From assembly GCA_963746845.1 (NCBI GenBank), contig CAVVCZ010000004.1, forward strand, positions 448,001 through 512,000: 64,000 nucleotides of DNA, written 5' to 3'. How positions within the stretch are numbered: the first letter of the stretch is position 1; each line of letters begins with the position of its first letter. The notes under the pieces were generated by a model, which saw only the letters and a list, made by a program, of their open reading frames with translations, was not told the origin of the DNA and made no database searches. Below are positions 48,329 through 57,272 of this stretch, in pieces. Source of the DNA: an uncultured Chloroflexia bacterium (GTDB lineage Bacteria > Chloroflexota > Limnocylindria > Limnocylindrales > CSP1-4). The translations under genes and the position numbers were made by a program.

Positions 48329-49444
48329 ATGACCCTCACCCGGATGCCCGCGCCACCGCTCGCCGACACGCCGCTCGGGCGGACGATCGCGACCACCCCC
48401 ACCGACATCTGGAACGATTCGTGCGCGATCGACGAACTCACCTACGCGATCTCGTTCGGGGCGGTCGGCGCGACCGCCAATCCGACGATCGTCACCGACG
48501 TCTGGAAGGCGGAGCCGACGCGCTGGCGCGACCGCGTGCGGCAGCTCACGGCCGAGCGGCGGGACGCGAGCGAGGTCGACCTCGCCTGGACCATCGTCGA
48601 CGAGATGTCCGTGCGGGCGGCGCCGCTGCTGACCCCGGCCTTCGAGGCCACCGAAGGGCGCCAGGGCCGCCTGTCCACGCAGACCGACCCGACCAACCAT
48701 CGGTCGCCCGAGCGGATGCTCGCCCAGGGGCTGCATTTCACCGGGCTCGCACCGAACATCATCGTCAAGTTCCCGGCGACCGCCGCGGGCCTCGTGGCGA
48801 TGGAAGAGGCGACCGCCAACGGCGTGAGCGTCAACACGACGGTCTGCTTCTCGGTCGCCCAGGCGGTCGCAGCGGCCGAGGCGATCGACCGGGGTCTCCG
48901 GCGGCGCGAGGCGGCCGGGGAGTCGACCGCATCCATGGGCCCGGTCGTCACGATCATGATGGGAAGGATCGAGGACTGGCTCCGGATCCAGACGGAGCGA
49001 GACGGCATCGTCGCCGACCCGACGGCCGTCCCGTGGTCCGGCGTCGCGGTGTTCAAGCGCGCCTACGGGATCTTCCGCGAGCGCGGGTTCCGTGCCCGGC
49101 TCCTCGGGGCGGCGATCCGGCACCACCTGCACTGGTCGGAGCTGATCGGCGGCGACGTCGTCATCACGATGCCCGCCGCCTGGCAGCGCCGGTTCAATGC
49201 GTCCACGATCGAGGTCCGGCCCCGGATGGACGATCCGGTCGACGCCGGGATCGTGGAGGGGCTTGCCGCCCACTACCCGGATTTCGTCCGCGCGTATGAG
49301 CCGGACGGGCTGACCGTCGCGGAGTTCGATTCCTTCCCACCCACGGCACGGACGCTCCGGGCGTTCATCGCCTCGTACCACGAGCTCCTCCACCAGGTGA
49401 CCGACGCGATGATCCCGAACCCCGACCTTCGCCCCGGGTCCTGA
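48329..49444 (+). CDS. Transaldolase-family protein (non-canonical active-site residues)
   Basis: WNDS, GATANPTI, GRLSTQ, NIIVKFPAT (Schiff-base Lys), NTTVCFS.AQA and MMGRIEDW motifs. Confidence 0.85.
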   Translation: MTLTRMPAPPLADTPLGRTIATTPTDIWNDSCAIDELTYAISFGAVGATANPTIVTDVWKAEPTRWRDRVRQLTAERRDASEVDLAWTIVDEMSVRAAPLLTPAFEATEGRQGRLSTQTDPTNHRSPERMLAQGLHFTGLAPNIIVKFPATAAGLVAMEEATANGVSVNTTVCFSVAQAVAAAEAIDRGLRRREAAGESTASMGPVVTIMMGRIEDWLRIQTERDGIVADPTAVPWSGVAVFKRAYGIFRERGFRARLLGAAIRHHLHWSELIGGDVVITMPAAWQRRFNASTIEVRPRMDDPVDAGIVEGLAAHYPDFVRAYEPDGLTVAEFDSFPPTARTLRAFIASYHELLHQVTDAMIPNPDLRPGS

Positions 49445-49447
49445 GCC

Positions 49448-50374
49448 GTGGCCGAGCCCGAGATTCCGGCCCGCGCTCTGCCGAGCGACCTCCCATCCGA
49501 CGACCTCCTCCTGCGTCCCGACGCCTCCGGCGAGGTCGCGTTCGACGCCGAACGGGCCGGCTGGCGGTATCTGTCGCTCGAGGTGCGAGTCGTGCCGGCC
49601 GGCGGCCTCCGCATCGCCGGTTCGCCGGGTCAGGAGACGTGCGTCGTCGTCCAGTCCGGCCACGACGTCTCGCTGGCCGATCCCGACGGCGGGCGGTGGG
49701 CGCTCCCGGGGCGCGAGACCGTGTTCTCGGATCTCCCGTCCGCGCTGTGGCTGCCCGACGGCCGCGAGCTGACGGTGACCGAGGGCCGCCCGTCGGAGCG
49801 GCCGGCGACGATCGTCGTCGCGCGTGCGCCGCGATCCGGCCGCGACGGGGTCGCCGCGGAGCCGATCCCGATCGCGCCGGCCGACGTCGCGGTCGAGACC
49901 CGCGGCGCCGGCAACGCGACGCGTCAGATCGCGCACATCGTCACGCCGTCGTTCCCGGCCGACCGCCTCGAGGTCGTCGAGGTCTACACGCCGTCGGGGA
50001 ACTGGTCGAGCTGGCCCCCGCACAAGCACGACATCGACGCGATGCCCGGCGAGGCGGTCCTCGAGGAGATCTACCACTACCGGTTCCGACGTCCTGCGGC
50101 GTGGGCCGTCCAGCGCGTCTACCGCGCCGACCGCTCGCGCGACGCGATCTTCGAGGTGCACGACGGCGACGTGGTGCTCGTCACCGACGGCTATCACCCG
50201 TTCGCGGCGGCGCACGGCGACGACGCCTACTACCTCAACGCCCTGGCCGGCGACCGGCGGACGATGGCCTGCTCGTTCGACCCGGATCTCGACTGGGTGC
50301 GCGAGACGTGGTCCGCGATGGCGACCGACCCGCGCGTGCCGCTCGTCCCGCCGGCGGCCGTCCCCGTCGCCTGA
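49448..50374 (+). CDS. iolB: 5-deoxy-glucuronate isomerase
   Basis: RGAGNATR, EVYTPSGNWSSWPPHKHD, LEEIYHY, GYHP and YYLNALAG motifs. Confidence 0.95.
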   Translation: MAEPEIPARALPSDLPSDDLLLRPDASGEVAFDAERAGWRYLSLEVRVVPAGGLRIAGSPGQETCVVVQSGHDVSLADPDGGRWALPGRETVFSDLPSALWLPDGRELTVTEGRPSERPATIVVARAPRSGRDGVAAEPIPIAPADVAVETRGAGNATRQIAHIVTPSFPADRLEVVEVYTPSGNWSSWPPHKHDIDAMPGEAVLEEIYHYRFRRPAAWAVQRVYRADRSRDAIFEVHDGDVVLVTDGYHPFAAAHGDDAYYLNALAGDRRTMACSFDPDLDWVRETWSAMATDPRVPLVPPAAVPVA

Positions 50375-51747
50375 GCCCGCCGCCGCAGGCGATCCACGCG
50401 GGCGGTCAGGCTCCGCTCCGTGAGCGGATCGCCCATGCCGAGCCGCCGCCGGGCCTCGGCCAGCGCGACCGCTCGCCGGGTCGCCTCGAGCGCACCGACC
50501 GGATCGGCCAGGCGGTGCTCGCGCAGCTTCGCGATCTCGATCCAGGCGTGGATGGCGACGGCCCCGCCCCGGCCCGTCAGCTCGTGCCACGCGCCGATGG
50601 CGTCGTCGTAGCGGCCCATCCGTCGGAGGAGCCGCGCCCGCTCGATCCCGACGCGCTCCGGTGTCCAGGGCGAGTCCAGGCGGCCCTCGACGGTCCGCGA
50701 CCACGACGCCGGTCGGCGGTGGCTGCCGATGTCCGCGACCCGGTGTGGATGCCACCATGGCCGGCGCGGGTCGTCGTCGCCGTCCGCCTCGACGGGCGCG
50801 TCTCCGCCGAACGGCGACAGCACGGGCTCCGGCGGGCGGCCCGGATCCAGCGCGGCGTCAAGGCACGCCAGGGCGTCCTCGAGCCGGCGGTCCCGGGCGA
50901 ACGCACGGGCGAGGCCGGCGAGGTCGCCGCGCGGCGCGGACGGGCGCACGCTCGCGTCGGCGTAGTCGATGTCGATCCGGCCGAGCAGCCGGGCGAGCGA
51001 GCGCACGTCCTCCCGGTTGTGGCGGACGACCTCCATCAAGGGCTCGGCGGGGGCGCCGCGGAGGAAGTCGAGGAACCGGCCCGGGATCTGCCAGCCCTCG
51101 ACGTCGCCGTGGCGGTGGGTGCCGAGCAGCTCCGTCTCGACCGTTCGGAGCCGTGCGTCGGTCATCCGGTGCCGGAACACCCGCCGCACGAACGGCAGCA
51201 GGTCCAGGTGGCCGGCGAGCGGCGGTGGTGCGGCCCGCGTCATCCGGTAGCGAGCGGTGAGCAGCGGCCAATCGAATCCCCGGCCGTTGTACGTCACGAG
51301 CCAGGCCTCGGGCGGCAGGTGGCGGGCCACGCGGGCGAGAAGCCCGGCCTCCGCGGGGTGGTCCGGCAGCAGCAGCTGGACCTGGCGGAACCGGTCGTCC
51401 TCCCACCACCCGAGCCCCACGAGGAACGCGACCGTGCCGGACGCCGTCGCGAGGCCGGTGGTCTCGGTGTCGAGGCAGACGAGCGGCACGTCCGGCGGCG
51501 GCAGGCCCGGGAGCCCGGCGAGCCGCTCGCGGTCCAACGGGAGGATCACGGTCGCGGGCTCGCATCGGACGACGGGACCGGCCGGGTCGAGCAGGAGCTC
51601 CCCGTCGACCGCCGCGGCCAGGCGCCGGCCGAGCTCGATCGAGCCGTGGCCGACCCCGCCATCGCCGCGATCGCCGGGCTCTCGTCCGGCCGCTGCGAGC
51701 GTCGCGCGGTAGTTCGCCAGCCGGCGTTCGAGCGTCGCCCCGCTCAT
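50230..51747 (-). CDS. RNase H-like (DnaQ/YprB-type) exonuclease with TPR-like C-terminus, MrfB-like
   Basis: LDTETTGL..GTVAFLVG, TYNGRGFDWP, HLDLL, HNREDV and EIAKLREH motifs. ATG overlaps the helicase stop. Confidence 0.85.
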   Translation of the reverse strand: MSGATLERRLANYRATLAAAGREPGDRGDGGVGHGSIELGRRLAAAVDGELLLDPAGPVVRCEPATVILPLDRERLAGLPGLPPPDVPLVCLDTETTGLATASGTVAFLVGLGWWEDDRFRQVQLLLPDHPAEAGLLARVARHLPPEAWLVTYNGRGFDWPLLTARYRMTRAAPPPLAGHLDLLPFVRRVFRHRMTDARLRTVETELLGTHRHGDVEGWQIPGRFLDFLRGAPAEPLMEVVRHNREDVRSLARLLGRIDIDYADASVRPSAPRGDLAGLARAFARDRRLEDALACLDAALDPGRPPEPVLSPFGGDAPVEADGDDDPRRPWWHPHRVADIGSHRRPASWSRTVEGRLDSPWTPERVGIERARLLRRMGRYDDAIGAWHELTGRGGAVAIHAWIEIAKLREHRLADPVGALEATRRAVALAEARRRLGMGDPLTERSLTARVDRLRRRAQATGTAAGGTSGTRGSVAIADHVSRTQSRSGSNEQAIVRRSPARALR

Positions 51748-54071
51748 CGGGCCGCCGCGACCGCGGCCTCCGGCTCGGCGAGGGTGTCGGTGCGCGGTCG
51801 GAGCTGGTCGAGCAGACGGAGCGCCAGGGCCCGCGCATCGACGTCCGGCTCCAGGCGCGGACCCGTGCACGCGGGACAGCCGCTCTCGCAGTCACAGCCG
51901 CGGATGAGGTCGGCGGCCGCCGAGATGAGCTCGTCGTGGCGATCCCACAGCCGCGGGCTCAGCCCGATCCCGCCCGGCACCGCCTCGTACAGGTAGATCG
52001 TCGGCGCCTCGTGGTGGGGCGACCGGACCTGGGTCACGAGCCCGAGGTCCCGCGGGTCGACCATCAGGAGCACCGCGGCGACCGTCTGGATCGCCCGCCC
52101 GGCGCCCATGAGCGCGATGTCCAGCTCGTTCCGCCGCCAGCCGCCGGCCGCGCCCTCGGCGGTGAGCCAGTAGGCGGTTGTCTGGAGCTCCAGCTCGGGC
52201 AGGTCGATCGGGCCCCAGCCGACGTTCTCGTCCGTCCCGAACTTCAGCTTCTTGAAGAGGGTCACGAGGCTGGCGACCATCACCTCACCGTGGACCCGCC
52301 GGCCGCCCGGCGCCTGCGCCTCGCCGAACACGTCGAGCGGCTTCAGGGTCACCGCCCGGTTGGCGTACGTGTAGTGGTCGGCGTCGATCCGGTGGACGTA
52401 GGCCTTGCGCTCGCCCCACTCGAGCCGGTCCACGTAGTACTGGACCGACTCGTGCATGTAGATCGCCCGCTCGTGGACGAGGACCTGGGCCGAGAACAGG
52501 TCGACCTCGCCGAGGACCCGCGGCCGGTCCGGCGTCGTGTCGATGATCACGACGTTCTCCGGGGCCGCGCTCCGGAGCGACACCTCCGACGCGGGGAAGT
52601 TCTCGGAGCTCCAGTACCAGCGCCCGTCGTCCGCTTGGCGGACGTGCCCGGACTCTGCGACGAATGCGAGCAGCTCATCCGCGGCAGCGGGACCGAAGAC
52701 CTCGCCCGGCTCGAACGGCAGCTCGAACGTCGCGCAGCGGAGGTGGGCGATCAGGACGTGGAGGTTGTCCGGGTCCAGCCGGGCCTCCTCGGATCGGCCG
52801 TCCAGCAGGAACTCCGGGTGGTGGACGACGTACCGGTCGACCGGTGCTCCGGACGACACGAGGATCGCGACGCTTGTCGCCCCGCGCCGGCCGGCCCGGC
52901 CGATCTGCTGCCACGTGGCCGCGACGGACCCCGGGTAGCCGGCGAGGATCGACACGTCCAGGCGGCCGATGTCCACGCCGAGCTCGAGCGCGTTCGTCGC
53001 GACGACCCCGAGGATCTCGCCGTCGCGAAGCCCGCGCTCGATCGAGCGCCGCTCGAGCGGGAGATAGCCGCCGCGGTAGCCGCGGACGCGCGAGCGCGGA
53101 CCGAGGTCCTGACGCAGCGCCTCGCGGAGCGTCGACAGCATGATCTCGACGGCCGTGCGGCTCCGTCCGAACACGACCGTCTGGCGGCCCGCCCGGAGGA
53201 ACGGGATCGCCCAGCGATGGGCGACCGTCATCGACGACCCGCGTGCCCCGGTCGCGCGATCCGTGAGCGGCGGCTCCACGAGCAGGACGTGCCGCTCGCC
53301 GCTCGGAGCGCCGTTGCGGTCGACGAGCATCGGCGTCCGGCCGGTCAGCGTCGAGGCGAGCTCGGCCGGGTTCGCGATCGTCGCGGAGCAGCACACGATC
53401 ACCGGCCGGCTGCCGTAGTGGGCGCACAGCCGCAGGAGGCGCCGGATCACGTTGGCCACGTGGCTCCCGAACACCCCACGGTAGGTGTGGAGCTCGTCGA
53501 TGACGATGACCCGGAGCTGCTCGAACAGCTGGAACCACTTCGTGTGATGGGGGAGGATCGCCGAGTGGAGCATGTCCGGGTTCGTCACGACGACTTGCCC
53601 GGCGCCGCGGATCGCCGAGCGGATCGGGGCCGGCGTGTCCCCGTCGTACGTGGCGGCCGAGACGGTCAGGCCGGCGGCCCGCGACAGCTCGCCGAGCTCG
53701 GCGACCTGGTCCTGGCCCAGCGCCTTCGTCGGGAAGAGGAACAACGCGCGGGCGGCCGGGTCGTCGGCGATCGACTGCAGGACCGGCAGCGCGTAGCACA
53801 GCGTCTTGCCGGACGCGGTCGGGGTGACGACGACGACGTCGTTCCCGGCCCGAACGGCCTCGATCGCCTCCGCCTGGTGCGTGTACAGCCGTTCGATCCC
53901 GCGACTCGCGAGGCCGGTCCGGATCCCCGGATCGAGCCAGTCCGGGAAGTCCCGCCACGACGCGACTCTCGCCGGCAGGACGGCGTGATGGGTCACGCCA
54001 TCGGCCATCGACGGGTCCTCGAGCAACCGATCGAGGACGACGTCCGTCGCGGCCGGCGCATAGGTTCGCAT
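51744..54071 (-). CDS. DEAD/DEAH-box helicase with C-terminal DUF1998 zinc domain (MrfA/YprA/SftH/Hrq1 family)
   Basis: LYTHQ, TPTASGKT, PTKAL.QDQ, YDGDT, DELHTYRG.FGSH, SAT, TNALELG.DIG, QQIGRAGR and CDCESGCPAC motifs. ATG at 54071. Confidence 0.92.
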   Translation of the reverse strand: MRTYAPAATDVVLDRLLEDPSMADGVTHHAVLPARVASWRDFPDWLDPGIRTGLASRGIERLYTHQAEAIEAVRAGNDVVVVTPTASGKTLCYALPVLQSIADDPAARALFLFPTKALGQDQVAELGELSRAAGLTVSAATYDGDTPAPIRSAIRGAGQVVVTNPDMLHSAILPHHTKWFQLFEQLRVIVIDELHTYRGVFGSHVANVIRRLLRLCAHYGSRPVIVCCSATIANPAELASTLTGRTPMLVDRNGAPSGERHVLLVEPPLTDRATGARGSSMTVAHRWAIPFLRAGRQTVVFGRSRTAVEIMLSTLREALRQDLGPRSRVRGYRGGYLPLERRSIERGLRDGEILGVVATNALELGVDIGRLDVSILAGYPGSVAATWQQIGRAGRRGATSVAILVSSGAPVDRYVVHHPEFLLDGRSEEARLDPDNLHVLIAHLRCATFELPFEPGEVFGPAAADELLAFVAESGHVRQADDGRWYWSSENFPASEVSLRSAAPENVVIIDTTPDRPRVLGEVDLFSAQVLVHERAIYMHESVQYYVDRLEWGERKAYVHRIDADHYTYANRAVTLKPLDVFGEAQAPGGRRVHGEVMVASLVTLFKKLKFGTDENVGWGPIDLPELELQTTAYWLTAEGAAGGWRRNELDIALMGAGRAIQTVAAVLLMVDPRDLGLVTQVRSPHHEAPTIYLYEAVPGGIGLSPRLWDRHDELISAAADLIRGCDCESGCPACTGPRLEPDVDARALALRLLDQLRPRTDTLAEPEAAVAAAR

Positions 54072-54082
54072 GGGCGACCTCG

Positions 54083-54104
54083 AAATCGAACAGGCGTGCG
54101 ATTT
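54083..54104. promoter_or_regulatory. LexA-like SOS box
   Basis: AAATCGAAC-AGGC-GTGCGATTT: one mismatch from GAAC-N4-GTTC with extended palindromic arms, between TATGCT (-10) and the helicase RBS. Confidence 0.7.
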
Positions 54105-54136
54105 ACGGGAGCATAGCAGGAGGCTCCGCGACGCTT

Positions 54137-54155
54137 GTGACAGGTTGGCTGTCAC
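54137..54155. promoter_or_regulatory. GTGACA-N7-TGTCAC palindrome (copy 3)
   Basis: GTGACAggttggcTGTCAC. Its reverse complement GTGACAGCCAACCTGTCAC nearly matches copy 2. Confidence 0.62.
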
Positions 54156-54167
54156 GACGGCGTCGAG

Positions 54168-54743
54168 TTGACACGTCAGCTGCGGGCAGCTACGCTCCCC
54201 GGAACCGTGGACGACCCGAGCGCGCCCCAGCGCCCCTTGCGCCGCCGCCGCCCCGAGGCACCCGTCGAGGCCGACGAGATCGTGCCCGCCGGCGGGGCGA
54301 CGGACGACACCGACGAGACGCCGGCCGGCCGGGTCGACCTGACCGGCCTGTCGATCGCCGGGATCACTCGACGCCGCGTGGGCTGGGTGTCGGCCGGCCT
54401 CGTCGCCGTCTGGATCGTCGTCCTGTTCGCCCGTCAGGTCGGCGACGCCCAGGCCGCCAGCACCCAGGCCGCCCAGCTCGCGACGGACAACGCCGCCCTG
54501 TCCGACGAGGTCGATGCCCTCCAGAAGGAGCTCGACCTGATCGTCGAGCCCCAGTACGTCGGCCTGGAGGCGCGCGCCCATCGCTTCGGCAGCCCGCGCG
54601 AGATCCCGTTCGCCCTGGATCCTTCGGTGGCGGCGCCCGTCGACGGCGCGCCCGGCTCGGCGTCGGTGCGTCTCGGAGCCACGACGGATCGCCAGACCCC
54701 GCTCGAGTCCTGGCTCTCGCTCCTGTTCGGCCCGTCCGGCTGA
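54168..54743 (+). CDS. Septum formation initiator (FtsB/DivIC-like) protein
   Basis: Single TM helix, a coiled coil (QLATDNAALSDEVDALQKEL) and PQYVGLEARAHRFGSPRE, resembling the FtsB E..AR..LG...PGE motif. The start is uncertain (TTG 54168 or GTG 54207). Confidence 0.68.
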   Translation: MTRQLRAATLPGTVDDPSAPQRPLRRRRPEAPVEADEIVPAGGATDDTDETPAGRVDLTGLSIAGITRRRVGWVSAGLVAVWIVVLFARQVGDAQAASTQAAQLATDNAALSDEVDALQKELDLIVEPQYVGLEARAHRFGSPREIPFALDPSVAAPVDGAPGSASVRLGATTDRQTPLESWLSLLFGPSG

Positions 54744-54818
54744 CGGCGCCTCACCGAGGGAGTGGTCGCCGGCACGCGCCGTCTCGTTGGGGCAACGGCG
54801 CGCACCGGCGATGGATGG

Positions 54819-57272
54819 TCAGGCGACGTTGGCCTCGCTGACCGGGGTGAGGTGGCGGGTGACCGCCGTGCCGGCCGGACGCGACCGGCGAATCGGCGTC
54901 GCGATGGTCGTGGCCGTCGGCGCGATCGCGTCGGGGGCCATCGGCCGGGCGAAGAAGTAGCCCTGTCCGTACGTGCAGCCGAGGGCGCGCATCCGGTCCG
55001 CCTGCTCGGCGTCCTCGATGCCCTCGGCGACCGTGGTGATCCGGAGCGACTCGCTCATCGCGACGATCGCCCCGGCGAGCGCCGCGGACTTCGCATCCGT
55101 GCCCGGCGTCTGGACGAACTCGGAGGCGATCTTCAGCGTGTCGACCGGGAACTGGCGCAGGTGGCTCAGCGAGAAGTAGCCGGTCCCGAAGTCGTCGATC
55201 ACGACGTGGACGCCGAGCTGGCGGAGCGACTCGAGCGTCGCGATGGTCGCCGGCGTCGCCTTCAGGAGCGCGGTCTCGGTGATCTCGAGGCGGAGCCGAT
55301 GCGGATCGAGCTGGGCGGCGGCGAGCGTCGAGGCGACGGACTCCACGAAGTCGACCTGCTGGATCTCGCGGGCGGACACGTTCACACACAGGAACAGCGG
55401 CTCGGCCGACACGTCCGGTGACCAGGCCATCGCCTGGCGGCAGGCCTCGCGCAGGACCCAGCGCCCGATCGGCAGGATCGCGCCGTTCTCCTCGGCGATC
55501 TCGATGAAGTCGCCCGGCGGGACGATGCCGCGCTCGGGGTGGTCCCAGCGGACGAGGGCCTCGACGCCGGCCATCGTGCCGGTCGCGAGCGAGACGATCG
55601 GCTGGTAGACGACCCGCAGCTGGCCGAGCTCGACCGCGGTCTGGAGCTGGGCACCGAGCTCGTGGCGTTCGCGGATCGCGGCGTGCATTCCCGGGTCGAA
55701 CATCGCGAACCCGGCCTTGCCGTTCGCCTTCGCCAGGTACATGGCAACGTCCGCGTTGCGGACCAGGTCGGCCGCGCTCTCGGTGCCGTCGACGGCGCTC
55801 GCGATGCCGATGCTCGCGGTGACCGAGACGTGGTGGCCCTCGATGAGGTACGGCGCGCGCAGCTCGCGGACGAGCCGCTCGGCCATGGCCGTCGAGCGCT
55901 TCAGGTCCGGTGTGTCCTCGGTGAGGATCGCGAACTCGTCGCCGCCGAGGCGGGCCACGAGGTCGTCCTCGCGGACAGAGCCGGAGATCCGCTCGATCAC
56001 GGCAACCAGGAGGGCGTCGCCGGCCGCGTGTCCCAGCGTGTCGTTGACGACCTTGAAGTCGTCGAGGTCGATGAACAGGACGGTGCTGAGGGACGGCCGG
56101 TTGGCCCGGCCGCGCGGCGCGACGAGCACGCGCTCGAGGCTCGACTGGAACATTCGGCGGTTCGCGGCCCCGGTCAGCGAGTCGCGCTCGGCGAGGTCCT
56201 GCACGTTGCGGAGCAGCACGGCGTTGCGCAGGTTGAGGGCGGCGATCGCGCCGAGCTGGCCGAGGTTCGCCGCGAGCCTCCGCGAGATGCCGGGCAGGAC
56301 GCGGCCTCCCAGCTCGACGACGATCGCGCCGACCGGCTCGCCGTCCGCGATCATCGGTGAGACGAGGACCCGGCGAGCCTCCGGCAGCATGCCGGTCAGC
56401 ACCGGGTTCGCGGCCTTGTCGAGCCGTCCATAGGCGATCGGCTCGCGTCGTTCCCAGGCGGCGGTGACGACACGATCCGGCGTCTCGGCGACGGTCGGGA
56501 CCGTGGCGACGCCGTGCGACGCAAGGACGACGGCGCGCCCGTCGCTGGCGCCGAGGACGACGCCGCGGCGGAAGCCGAAGCGCTCGACGACGCCCTCGAG
56601 GACGATCCGCGCCTGGTGGACGGGATCGGCGACGTCGTCCAGCTGGGCGCCGAGATCGACCAGGGTCTCCATGTCCGCGCGACGAAGTCGGAGCTCGCGC
56701 TCGTTCAACGCCGAGAAGGCGCAGGTGGCGAGGGCGAACAACCAGAAGCTCGTGACGTTCAGAACGGGCATCCGCTCGAACTCGATCCCCTGGCCCGGGA
56801 CGACATCCACGGGCGGGACGAGGAGCGCGGCCTGGGCGTACAGGACGACGAACAGCAGGAGCGAGTGCCAGAGCGCGATCTTCAGCCCGGTCCGGTACGA
56901 GCAGAGGAGCGAGACGCCGACGAGGTGGAGGAACACGAGGAACCGGAGCGGGCTCTGCGTGCCACCCGTCGCGTACATCGCGAAGGCCAGGAAGATGCCG
57001 TCCACGAGGAGCATCACGCTCAGGACCATGAAGCCGCGCGAGCCGATCGCCCGGCGCAGCCACTCGCCCGCGATCGAGAAGGCGACGAAAGCGACGCTGA
57101 GCTCGACCATCGCGAGGAAGGGGATGCCGAGCAGCTCGGGCCGGACCGCCGCCCAGGCGATGACGACCGCGGCGATCGCGAGGCGGAGCGCGAGGAGCTG
57201 GGTCATCCGCTCGCTGAGGGCGGAGAACTCGCTGCCCTCGTGGGCCGCGAGCGTCGCCCGGGTCGTCGTCAT
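54819..57272 (-). CDS. Membrane-bound GAF-like / GGDEF / EAL diguanylate cyclase-phosphodiesterase
   Basis: About six N-terminal TM helices, a GAF-like segment, DSLTG, DLDDFK.VND.LGH..GD, RLGGDEF, EALVRW, EITE, DDFGTG and VAEGIE motifs. Confidence 0.92.
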   Translation of the reverse strand: MTTTRATLAAHEGSEFSALSERMTQLLALRLAIAAVVIAWAAVRPELLGIPFLAMVELSVAFVAFSIAGEWLRRAIGSRGFMVLSVMLLVDGIFLAFAMYATGGTQSPLRFLVFLHLVGVSLLCSYRTGLKIALWHSLLLFVVLYAQAALLVPPVDVVPGQGIEFERMPVLNVTSFWLFALATCAFSALNERELRLRRADMETLVDLGAQLDDVADPVHQARIVLEGVVERFGFRRGVVLGASDGRAVVLASHGVATVPTVAETPDRVVTAAWERREPIAYGRLDKAANPVLTGMLPEARRVLVSPMIADGEPVGAIVVELGGRVLPGISRRLAANLGQLGAIAALNLRNAVLLRNVQDLAERDSLTGAANRRMFQSSLERVLVAPRGRANRPSLSTVLFIDLDDFKVVNDTLGHAAGDALLVAVIERISGSVREDDLVARLGGDEFAILTEDTPDLKRSTAMAERLVRELRAPYLIEGHHVSVTASIGIASAVDGTESAADLVRNADVAMYLAKANGKAGFAMFDPGMHAAIRERHELGAQLQTAVELGQLRVVYQPIVSLATGTMAGVEALVRWDHPERGIVPPGDFIEIAEENGAILPIGRWVLREACRQAMAWSPDVSAEPLFLCVNVSAREIQQVDFVESVASTLAAAQLDPHRLRLEITETALLKATPATIATLESLRQLGVHVVIDDFGTGYFSLSHLRQFPVDTLKIASEFVQTPGTDAKSAALAGAIVAMSESLRITTVAEGIEDAEQADRMRALGCTYGQGYFFARPMAPDAIAPTATTIATPIRRSRPAGTAVTRHLTPVSEANVA

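Noticed and set aside
51744-54071. DISARM or Druantia anti-phage helicase
   Set aside because: Size, the YprB-like partner and the SOS-like box fit the MrfAB repair pair. No methylase or other defence genes are nearby.
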